DNA from: Bacteroidales bacterium
GTDB taxonomy: Bacteria; Bacteroidota; Bacteroidia; Bacteroidales; F082
Assembly (NCBI GenBank): GCA_900769945.1
Contig: CAAGIO010000019.1
Coordinates: 16,414 to 80,413, forward strand
Direction of reading: 5' to 3'
Length of the DNA: 64,000 nucleotides
Both the position numbers and the translations under genes were made by a program. Under the pieces are notes generated by a model. It made no database searches and was not told the origin of the DNA. It saw only the letters and a list, made by a program, of their open reading frames with translations. Shown piece after piece: positions 28,698-37,279 of the stretch. The first letter of the stretch is position 1, and each line of letters begins with the position of its first letter.

Positions 28698-31505
28698 ATG
28701 AAAAACATTATCTTCACTATATTTTTGGCATCTATGATGCTCCTCAATGCCACACAACAGATGTCTGCCCAAGTGGATGACAGAAACAGGCTGGCATCAA
28801 CAATTGTAGCCGACGTCCTCAACGAACTGCCGGCAAAAGACGATGAAACTTTCGACAGGCTGATGTCTGAAATAATAAGCCCGGACTTCGACAGGACTTT
28901 TGAGATACTTATGCTTTTGCAGCCTGATGAAGATGGCAGCAACGCTAAGGTGGAATATGCCTTGCAAGGTGTCGCCAACTACGTCTCACGCCCCGATAAG
29001 CTCCATGAAAGACAAAGGTTTAGAGTCGCAATACGAAAATATATAGAGAACCCAGAAGTGAATGGAGATAAGCTCTTTGTCATCTCCCTGTTTCAGGCTT
29101 TTGGTGATATGCCGGATGCCGAGATGCTTCTCTCTTGGGTCAATGACGAGATAATAGGTGACGCCTCGGTGAGGGCACTGGCCTCAATAACGCCCTCAAA
29201 AGCCTTGGTTGAGACTTATTTGCAAGAGAACGAGATAAAAACCACCCAGCGCGGCTCTTTCGCCTACGTCGTGGGACAACTCGGATTATCTCAGATGGAG
29301 GATCTGCTTCTCTCTTGGAGAAAAAATGCCGATGACGCTACCTTGGCAGAGATTTATAACGCCTTGTCGTTGATGGGCAGCAAGAAAAAATCTATGCCCG
29401 TGCTCGCAAAAGCAGCCAAACGCGCACAATACTCCCTCGACTCTAAAGGCTCTACAACGGCCTACTTCGGAATGCTCGACAGGTTTGCCTCCGAGAAAGA
29501 TACTGCCACAGTAGTAAAAGCCGCCACTAAGCTTCTGAAAGTCAAGAAGTCTAACGTAAAGTCGGCAGGCATGAACCTCCTCGTGGCAGTGGAAGGCGAA
29601 AAGGCATTGCCTTACCTTATTAAAATGCTTGGCGATGATGACAGACAGGTGCGTAACGAGGCGCTCCGTCTTATGGTGCCCTACTCGAACGAAGAGCTGT
29701 GCGCCACCGTGGTTCAGTCGTGCGTGAAATCGAACTCAATTATTGATGCAGTGCGCTGGCTCGCCGAAGTGAACGACCAATCACAAATACAATTCGTCAT
29801 CGACCAACTGTCTTCTGATAACCCTGAACTCGTTGAAACAGCTATTTACGCCTTGGTATCTATTGATAATCATGATGGTATGATGGCTCTCGCTCCTTTC
29901 TTCTCCGGAAAATATCAAGATGTCGTCCTCGACGCAATGAAATCGTATAAAGGTAAACTCGGCGATGTCCTTAACGAGGTGATAAAAGGCTCTGTGAAAC
30001 AAAAGCTTGCAGTGATGGACCTCCTCCAATACCGCTCCTGCTACGAGATGTATTATTTTATTAACAGTAATGTTAAAAATAATGATATTAAAACCGACTT
30101 CGACAAGATGCTCAAAGAATCTGCTTTTAAAGCTCTTGTTGGCGTGGTGAGGTATGTTCATGTGGATTATCTGAAGACTCTTCTCGAAACATGTGATAAC
30201 CAATATGTTGAGTCGGTTCAGAACGCCTTGGTGAAAGCCATGTATAAGGCAACTCCCGAACAATGTGACGAATTTGTCTATCTGCTCAAGAATGTTAGAG
30301 ACGAGGTTCTCCCACGTTATTACATGGTCTTCGCACATCTCGGAAATGAAAAAGGCGTTAACAAAATTATTGACGGTTACTTCTCTGGCAAAGGTAAAGA
30401 GGAAGCTCTCAATGCTTTGCTGTCAATAGATGATTATAATATCGCTTCTGTTCTGTATGATATTGCTGTAAAAGACATGGATAACCGTGACGCCATCCTT
30501 CAACGTTATGCCGAGCTTGTAAAAAAATCGGATATTAACGTAATCGACAAGGTGACCGCTTATCGTAATATCCTCGGATTAGGCCCTGACGTTGAGATAG
30601 TTAACTATACCCTTCGCGCTATCGAGGCGACGCAGACTTATCAGGGAATAATGATGGCGAGCCCTTATCTCAACGATGAGAACACGGCGCAGGCGGCAGC
30701 AAACACTATTCTTAATATAGCGACAAAACACCCCGAATATAACGGTAAGGAGATTGTCTCACTCCTCCTTAAAATAAAAGACACTCTCAACGATGATGAC
30801 GCAATCTATAAGCGTACTCAGATTGACCAGCATCTCTCGCTGCTTGCGCAGAACGCCACGTCTGTCCTCTCTGAGGAGGAGGCCGCCGAAGGCTTCGTGC
30901 TTCTCTTCGATGGCACTAACCTCGACTATTGGCAGGGTGATAAGACCGACTATATTGTACAGAACGGAAACATCTATGTCACAGCAAATTACGGCGATGA
31001 GGGTAACTTATATACCGAGAAGGAATATGGCGATTTCATCTTCCGTTTCGAGTTCTGCTTCACCCGTCCGGGAGTGAACAATGGCGTGGGTATCAGGACC
31101 CCGATGCATGCCGATGCGGCGTATTATGGTATGGAAATCCAAATCCTCGACCATGACGCACCTATTTATAAAGGCCTCCGCGACTATCAGGTGCATGGCT
31201 CCGTCTATGGCGTTATCCCGGCAAAACGCCTCGTCTTCCCTGAACTTGGCACATGGAACACCGAGGAGATTTATGCCAAAGGCGACCATATCAGGGTGAC
31301 AGTGAACGGAGAAGTCATCCTCGACGGCGACATCAGAAAGGCTTGCAACGGCAGAAATATGGCGCCGGAAGGAAAGAAAGGAGCCGTGTCAGGCACCATC
31401 GACCATAACAACCACCCTGGCCTCTTTAACAAAAAAGGTTATATCAGCTTCTGCGGTCACGGCGAAGGCCTGCTCATCAGAAACGTCAGGATAAAAGAAC
31501 TGTGA
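28698..31505 (+). CDS. Secreted HEAT/ARM-repeat protein with C-terminal DUF1080 (3-keto-disaccharide hydrolase-like, LamG-type jelly-roll) domain
   Basis: Signal peptide MKNIIFTIFLASMMLLNATQQMSAQ. About 750 aa of alpha-helical repeats follow. The C-terminal 200 aa (GFVLLFDGTNLDYWQG...NGNIYV...GVGIR...HGSVYG...NHPGLFNKKGYISFCGHGEGLLIRNVRIKEL) matches the DUF1080 pattern. Confidence 0.7.
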   Translation: MKNIIFTIFLASMMLLNATQQMSAQVDDRNRLASTIVADVLNELPAKDDETFDRLMSEIISPDFDRTFEILMLLQPDEDGSNAKVEYALQGVANYVSRPDKLHERQRFRVAIRKYIENPEVNGDKLFVISLFQAFGDMPDAEMLLSWVNDEIIGDASVRALASITPSKALVETYLQENEIKTTQRGSFAYVVGQLGLSQMEDLLLSWRKNADDATLAEIYNALSLMGSKKKSMPVLAKAAKRAQYSLDSKGSTTAYFGMLDRFASEKDTATVVKAATKLLKVKKSNVKSAGMNLLVAVEGEKALPYLIKMLGDDDRQVRNEALRLMVPYSNEELCATVVQSCVKSNSIIDAVRWLAEVNDQSQIQFVIDQLSSDNPELVETAIYALVSIDNHDGMMALAPFFSGKYQDVVLDAMKSYKGKLGDVLNEVIKGSVKQKLAVMDLLQYRSCYEMYYFINSNVKNNDIKTDFDKMLKESAFKALVGVVRYVHVDYLKTLLETCDNQYVESVQNALVKAMYKATPEQCDEFVYLLKNVRDEVLPRYYMVFAHLGNEKGVNKIIDGYFSGKGKEEALNALLSIDDYNIASVLYDIAVKDMDNRDAILQRYAELVKKSDINVIDKVTAYRNILGLGPDVEIVNYTLRAIEATQTYQGIMMASPYLNDENTAQAAANTILNIATKHPEYNGKEIVSLLLKIKDTLNDDDAIYKRTQIDQHLSLLAQNATSVLSEEEAAEGFVLLFDGTNLDYWQGDKTDYIVQNGNIYVTANYGDEGNLYTEKEYGDFIFRFEFCFTRPGVNNGVGIRTPMHADAAYYGMEIQILDHDAPIYKGLRDYQVHGSVYGVIPAKRLVFPELGTWNTEEIYAKGDHIRVTVNGEVILDGDIRKACNGRNMAPEGKKGAVSGTIDHNNHPGLFNKKGYISFCGHGEGLLIRNVRIKEL

Positions 31506-31525
31506 TATTAATATACAGATAACCA

Positions 31526-32359
31526 ATGTTTTACAAGATGCGCATTACCATTGTAAAATTGTTGTTGACGCTTGTAGTCCTGCTCTCTGTCAACACCTTT
31601 GTCAAAGGGCAGGACGATGGCTCTCCTCTCGACACCATCGACTTCACCGATAACACCCTCGTCGATAGCGAGCTGCTGCGTGTCGCCATATCCGATTTCT
31701 TGACAAACGCACAGGACTTCTCCCAGCCGGAGCAACGCCAGATGTATGACCTTATTCTCGCAGCCGATAACGTGCTGTCAAGATGTGTCTCTTCTTTCGA
31801 GATGTATAGGTTCGTCTATCATTTCATGATCACCGGATTCACAGAAATGGGAGCTACCCTCGTGGTGGATTATATGATGCGTATGCCTTATATCGAGTAT
31901 CTTGACGCTACAAAGGAACAACGTGCCGAGCTCTATGACCTCGCCGAACAGTTCAATAGGGTCAAAATAGGCTCTGTCGCACCGGATATTAATGCGTTGA
32001 CTATCAAAGGTGATACCTTCTCACTTCATGATGCTGAATCGCATTTTTTTGTGATTCTGTTCTGGTCTTACTCTTGCCCTCATTGTAGGGAAATGTTAAA
32101 AGAACTTGCTTCCCTGTCAAAAAACGACGATGTTATGATAATAACGGTCAATGTGTCGGGGAAGAAGAAAAAGGTTAATAGGCTGTTGCGCTCTCTGAAG
32201 GTCAACGGCATAAACATTTGTGACGGCCTTGGCTGGGAATCGCCCGTCGTTGGTGATTTCGCCGTCAATATGACGCCATCGCTGTTCGTTTTAGATAATG
32301 ATAAAAAAATTGTCGCCCGTCCATTCGGGATAAATGAAATAATGGAGATTGTTAGGTGA
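31526..32359 (+). CDS. TlpA-like thiol-disulfide oxidoreductase (thioredoxin fold), secreted
   Basis: Signal or anchor sequence. C-terminal thioredoxin domain with a CxxC active site (ILFWSYSCPHCREMLKEL). Confidence 0.65.
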   Translation: MFYKMRITIVKLLLTLVVLLSVNTFVKGQDDGSPLDTIDFTDNTLVDSELLRVAISDFLTNAQDFSQPEQRQMYDLILAADNVLSRCVSSFEMYRFVYHFMITGFTEMGATLVVDYMMRMPYIEYLDATKEQRAELYDLAEQFNRVKIGSVAPDINALTIKGDTFSLHDAESHFFVILFWSYSCPHCREMLKELASLSKNDDVMIITVNVSGKKKKVNRLLRSLKVNGINICDGLGWESPVVGDFAVNMTPSLFVLDNDKKIVARPFGINEIMEIVR

Positions 32360-35238
32360 TGAAAAAAGTATTCCTTTCGTTTTTTGTGTTATTCTTGTCG
32401 TTTGTAGTAAAGTCGCAGAATGAGGAGGACCGATGGGTTGATTCGGTGTATAACTCTCTGACCTTGGAGCAGCGTGTAGGCCAGCTTATTAATGCAAGGG
32501 CGAACTATCCGAATAAGATGTGCCCACAGGATTTGTTCGAACTCGTTGAGAATTATAATATTGGCGGTATCACCTTCTTCCGTACCGATGCTCTGCCGCT
32601 TCTGCAGCAGACCAATGCGTTGCAGTCGTTGGCACAGACGCCAATGATGGTGAGTATCGATGGGGAATGGGGTCTCGGTATGCGCCTCAACGATGCTATC
32701 TCTTACCCGTATCAGATGACACTCGGCGCAGTGCAGAATGTGCAGCTTATCGGCGAGATGGGAAGACAAATTGCCGAGCAGTGCCGCCGCCTTGGGATAA
32801 ATGTCGATTTCGCCCCCGATATTGACGTCAACAACGAGCCTCATAACCCCGTGATAGGCATGAGGAGCTTCGGTGAAGACCCCTTCAATGTGGCAGTGCG
32901 TGGCACCCAATACGCCTTGGCTCTTCAGAATAATAACGTCCTGCCTTCGATGAAACATTTCCCCGGACATGGCGACACAAAGACTGACTCGCACGAGACC
33001 CTGCCCGTGGTTCATAAGCCTTTAGAAGAGGTACGTAAGACGGAGCTGTTCCCTTTTCAATACCTTATTAATAAAGGTGTTAACTCCGCCATGGTCGGGC
33101 ATCTCTATATCCCGGCAGTGGAGCCGATACCAAACACCTCGTCCTCAATGTCGTATAACGTTGTGACAGAGCTACTTAAAAAAGACCTCGGCTTCGATGG
33201 CATTGTCTTCACTGATGCTCTCGAGATGAAAGGTGCTTATAATAATATCCATACTGATAGTGTGGGACTTCACGCCCTCCTCGCTGGAAATGACGTGCTT
33301 CTGATGCCATTGAACCCTATTAAGACTATTGAGATAATCGTCGGCGCAGCTGATGACAGCGTCGTGTATCGCAGAATAGAGGAGAGCTGTAGGAAAATCC
33401 TTAGAATCAAGTACCGCATTGGTCTTCACCATTACTCGCCCCAGATAGAGCTCGGCCTTGATAACGATTTGAAACAGTCGAGATACTATAACCTTCGCCA
33501 ACAGCTTTATAATGAGGCTGTTACAATGCTGAAAAATAATAACGAGGCTCTCCCGCTCGATAAGGAGCTGAGTTATGCCGTGGTGACTTTCAGTGATGAC
33601 GATAACGTGGCGCGACAGTTGAAAAAACAAGGATACCTCGTAAAGTCTATTATGGTGGGTAAAGATGTCTCCGCAAGAGATTGTAATATGATTGTCAAAG
33701 AGTTAAAGGCATACGACTGCGTGATTGTGAATATTCAGAACACCTCGATATTCGCTTCAAAAGCTTATGGCGTAACAGATAATATGAAACGTTTTGTGAA
33801 GGAGTGTAGTAAGCATAAAAACCTGATTTTCAATCTCTTTGCCTGCCCTTACGCATTAGATATGTTCGATTTTAAGAAAGAACCGCAAGCAGTAATCATT
33901 GGTTATGAGGATAAGCAAGATGCCGTCAATGCTGTTGTTGATGTCATGCTTGGCAAAATCAATCCAAAGGGAAAGCTGCCTGTCACTGTGAATAAAAAAT
34001 ATAGGATTGGCTGTGGCATGGGTTTTCCGGGTATGCTTACTCCTGAGACCTTGCCTGTGTCGTTGATAAACAACGATTTCACGCGCAAGATAGACTCTAT
34101 CGCTCTTAATGGAATAGAAATTAAGGCTTTCCCCGGCTGCCAGATTTTTGCAATGAAAGATGGTAATGTCATCTATGACAAATGCTTCGGGAGCTTCACC
34201 TATTCCGGCGAACATGAGGTGCGTGCCGATGACGTCTATGACCTTGCCTCTCTCACCAAGGTCTTCGCAAGCACTTTGGCGATAATGAAACTCTATGATG
34301 AAGGTAAAATCAGCCTCGAATCTCGTCTAAAAGACTTTTTCCCTTATCTTAATTCAACAGAGAAGGGAGATTTGCGCCTGATTGAGATTATGACACATCA
34401 GGCTGGCCTAACACCTTGGATTCCAATATATACCGTGACGATGAAGGACGGAAAACCTAACCCGGAACTGTTCAGGTCCTTCATTGATGAGGATCATACA
34501 GTGAAAGTGGCTGACAAGATGTTTATAGAGAATGACTTCAGTTATTTCATCTTCGATACTGTGATGAGGTCAAGCATGATTGAAAAGAAGTACAAATACA
34601 GTGATTTGGGATTTTATTTCTTCCCTGCTATTGTTGAAATGGTTACTAATCAGCCGTTTGAGACTTTTCTGTATGAGAATTTCTATAAGCCGTTGAACCT
34701 TAGTCATATCTTTTTCAAGCCATTGAAGCATATCGCATTAGAGAAGATCGCTCCAACCGAGAACGACACGGTCTTCAGGATGCAGCAGCTTCAGGGCTAC
34801 GTTCATGACCAGTGCGCTGCTTTGCTTGGCGGAGTGTCGGGGCATGCCGGCTTGTTTGGCAACGCCCGTGACATCGCTGTGCTTCTCCAGCTCCTTCTCG
34901 ATGATGGATTCGCTAATAACAGGCAGTTCTTGTCAAAACACACTATTAATAAATTCACCTCTGCACCGTTTGCCGACAATATGAATCGCCGTGGCATAGG
35001 GTTCGACAAGCCGGAGATAGACCCTTCCGTGGAATATTACACCCCTGCCTTGCAGTCCTCGCCCCGAAGCTTCGGTCATACAGGCTTCACCGGCACCTTC
35101 GCTTGGGCAGACCCCGATAATGACCTTATTGTGGTCTTCCTGTCCAACAGGGTCTTCCCCGACGCATCAAATAACCTGATTTCCAAACTCGATATCAGGA
35201 CAAATATCCATGAACTGTTCTATGAGGCCGTCAAATAA
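32356..35238 (+). CDS. Bifunctional GH3 beta-N-acetylhexosaminidase (NagZ-like) / serine beta-lactamase-family hydrolase, secreted
   Basis: Signal peptide. The GH3 NagZ motif is KHFPGHGDTKTDSH. The C-terminal part has an SxxK active site (DLASLTKVF) and HTGFTG (a KTG-like motif) of penicillin-binding/beta-lactamase-fold serine hydrolases. 960 aa. The start overlaps the upstream stop. Confidence 0.8.
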   Translation: MMKKVFLSFFVLFLSFVVKSQNEEDRWVDSVYNSLTLEQRVGQLINARANYPNKMCPQDLFELVENYNIGGITFFRTDALPLLQQTNALQSLAQTPMMVSIDGEWGLGMRLNDAISYPYQMTLGAVQNVQLIGEMGRQIAEQCRRLGINVDFAPDIDVNNEPHNPVIGMRSFGEDPFNVAVRGTQYALALQNNNVLPSMKHFPGHGDTKTDSHETLPVVHKPLEEVRKTELFPFQYLINKGVNSAMVGHLYIPAVEPIPNTSSSMSYNVVTELLKKDLGFDGIVFTDALEMKGAYNNIHTDSVGLHALLAGNDVLLMPLNPIKTIEIIVGAADDSVVYRRIEESCRKILRIKYRIGLHHYSPQIELGLDNDLKQSRYYNLRQQLYNEAVTMLKNNNEALPLDKELSYAVVTFSDDDNVARQLKKQGYLVKSIMVGKDVSARDCNMIVKELKAYDCVIVNIQNTSIFASKAYGVTDNMKRFVKECSKHKNLIFNLFACPYALDMFDFKKEPQAVIIGYEDKQDAVNAVVDVMLGKINPKGKLPVTVNKKYRIGCGMGFPGMLTPETLPVSLINNDFTRKIDSIALNGIEIKAFPGCQIFAMKDGNVIYDKCFGSFTYSGEHEVRADDVYDLASLTKVFASTLAIMKLYDEGKISLESRLKDFFPYLNSTEKGDLRLIEIMTHQAGLTPWIPIYTVTMKDGKPNPELFRSFIDEDHTVKVADKMFIENDFSYFIFDTVMRSSMIEKKYKYSDLGFYFFPAIVEMVTNQPFETFLYENFYKPLNLSHIFFKPLKHIALEKIAPTENDTVFRMQQLQGYVHDQCAALLGGVSGHAGLFGNARDIAVLLQLLLDDGFANNRQFLSKHTINKFTSAPFADNMNRRGIGFDKPEIDPSVEYYTPALQSSPRSFGHTGFTGTFAWADPDNDLIVVFLSNRVFPDASNNLISKLDIRTNIHELFYEAVK

Positions 35239-35242
35239 CCCG

Positions 35243-35833
35243 TCAGTTGTCATTCGGGTTGAGAGGAAACTTTGACCAAAGCTGGTATTGCTTCCCCGTG
35301 GCTTTCGTGAACGTCTCCCACATCACCTTCGGATTCGTCATGGTGATGGCTTTAGTGCTCATCTTGCCTACAATCCATGAGTTGCGCCTTAACTCATCTC
35401 TCAGCTGTCCGGCGTCCCAACCGCAGTATCCTAAGAAAAACCTGATGTCAAATCTTGTGACTAATCCGCATCTAATCAACGACTTGATGACGTTGAAGTT
35501 GTTGCTCCAATACAGTCCCTTGCATATCTCCGTCGATTCCGGAACCATGTTGCCCAAGGTGTGTGTGAAAAAGACATTGTCGTTCTTCACAGGACCTCCA
35601 ATATAAACGTCGGCATCGAACATAGGAAAGTCATCTACCACATCGTTGATTGTCACAGGTATCCGCTTGTTGATTATTATCCCGCATGTGCCGTCTTCCT
35701 CGTTATGGTCCATTATCAACACCACCGCACGACTGAAATACATGTCAAGCAAAAATGGCTCCGATAGCAATACGTCCCCAGGGTTTACCTCTAATGTGTT
35801 ACTTTTTATCTGAAATAATTCTTCTTTATCCAT
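35243..35833 (-). CDS. YqgE/AlgH-family protein (UPF0301/DUF179)
   Basis: LLSEPFLLDMYFSRAVVLIMDHNEEDGTCGIIINK resembles the YqgE consensus. The start was chosen at MDKEEL, because the upstream extension of the ORF is AT-rich leader sequence. Confidence 0.7.
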   Translation of the reverse strand: MDKEELFQIKSNTLEVNPGDVLLSEPFLLDMYFSRAVVLIMDHNEEDGTCGIIINKRIPVTINDVVDDFPMFDADVYIGGPVKNDNVFFTHTLGNMVPESTEICKGLYWSNNFNVIKSLIRCGLVTRFDIRFFLGYCGWDAGQLRDELRRNSWIVGKMSTKAITMTNPKVMWETFTKATGKQYQLWSKFPLNPNDN

Positions 35834-35881
35834 CTTTTGTGACGAAAATTTTTTTTCTGACAATGATAATAATACATAAAT

Positions 35882-37279
35882 ATGCGTAATTTTGTGCGCA
35901 AAATCTTTAATTCTCAAATAATGTCAAACCAAGCAAAATTTGATTCACTTAGAGAGACATTCTCGTTTTTTTGCTTCCAAAAATACAATTATTTTGTTGA
36001 AAATGGCGATTTTTTTGCCGAATTTTCCTTTTCTTTAGATGATAAGGTGATTTTCAAGCCCAAATTCACCATCCCGGCAAGGAGTTTTTATCAATGGGAT
36101 AGCCTCCCGAAGCATCTGCTGGAACTCCTCGTCTTCAATATCGGAATGATTGAGCTTGTTAGCTATTGGAAGATAGCATGCCCGCGTAAGGTTGTTGTGA
36201 AGCCCTTCTCTCTTGACGAGAATCAGGTGAGATGGTGGAAGAAACTGTATTTCAATGGTCTCGGAGAGTTTTTCTATGTTAACGGCATTGTCACTAACAT
36301 CGATGACTTCATGGAAATAGAGAGTTCGGGTGAGAGCTCGCGTATCACTGATGGCTGTGGCGTTATCTTGTCTGACACCACTTTGGTGCCTGTCGGCGGA
36401 GGAAAGGACTCCGTTGTGTCTCTTGAGATTCTGAAAGCCGGGAGGCCGGTCATACCCTTCATCATCAACCCTCGTGGCGCTACACGTGATTGTGTGGCTA
36501 CATCTGGATTCTCGGAGGACCGTACCGCAGTGGTGCACCGTTCCTTGGACCCTACTATGTTGAAAATGAACGCCGAGGGTTATCTTAATGGGCATACGCC
36601 TTTCTCAGCCCTGCTCGCTTTTTATTCTTTACTCGTCGCCTTCGCCTCTGGCAGCAGTTTCATTGCGCTGTCAAACGAGTCGTCAGCAAACGAACCTACC
36701 GTGCCTGATACCGAAATAAACCACCAATATAGTAAGTCGTTGGCTTTCGAGAATGATTTCAGACGCTATGTGAAATTATATATTAATCCTGATATTCAAT
36801 ATTTTAGCTTCCTGCGCCCTTTGAATGAACTTCAAATAGCAATGCTTTTCTCAAAATTAGATGAAGACTTTAGAACGGTGTTCAAAAGCTGTAATGTCGG
36901 CTCAAAAACTGACTCGTGGTGCGGAAAATGCCCGAAATGCCTCTTCACTTGGCTGGCGATGTCACCTTTTATTAATAGGAAGAATCTGACATCGGTGTTC
37001 GGGAAGGACTTGCTGAAAGACGTCGCCTTGAAACCGATTCTCGACGAACTTGACGGCGAAACGGAAGTGAAACCCTTTGAATGTGTTGGAACAGTAGGGG
37101 AGGTGAGAGCTTGTGTTAACCATATCTTGCTGAACGATAACGATTTAGATGGCTCCTTGTTAAAAGATACCGCCATTTTTAATTCTCCTTCGGTAGATGA
37201 TTTTCTTTCTCAATTTGATGTGAATAATAATCTTCCTGATAGTTTTGCTTTATTATTAAAGGAGGCCTTATATGGTTAG
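35882..37279 (+). CDS. PP-loop ATP-pyrophosphatase-like protein; candidate UDP-MurNAc-L-Ala-L-Glu epimerase (MurL-like)
   Basis: PVGGGKDS is an SGGxDS-type PP-loop, and there is a C-terminal CGKCPKC. 465 aa. The 3' end overlaps by 8 nt the start of a MurD-like ligase gene, which is the gene context described for murL/murD2. The assignment is an inference, not a search result. Confidence 0.45.
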   Translation: MRNFVRKIFNSQIMSNQAKFDSLRETFSFFCFQKYNYFVENGDFFAEFSFSLDDKVIFKPKFTIPARSFYQWDSLPKHLLELLVFNIGMIELVSYWKIACPRKVVVKPFSLDENQVRWWKKLYFNGLGEFFYVNGIVTNIDDFMEIESSGESSRITDGCGVILSDTTLVPVGGGKDSVVSLEILKAGRPVIPFIINPRGATRDCVATSGFSEDRTAVVHRSLDPTMLKMNAEGYLNGHTPFSALLAFYSLLVAFASGSSFIALSNESSANEPTVPDTEINHQYSKSLAFENDFRRYVKLYINPDIQYFSFLRPLNELQIAMLFSKLDEDFRTVFKSCNVGSKTDSWCGKCPKCLFTWLAMSPFINRKNLTSVFGKDLLKDVALKPILDELDGETEVKPFECVGTVGEVRACVNHILLNDNDLDGSLLKDTAIFNSPSVDDFLSQFDVNNNLPDSFALLLKEALYG

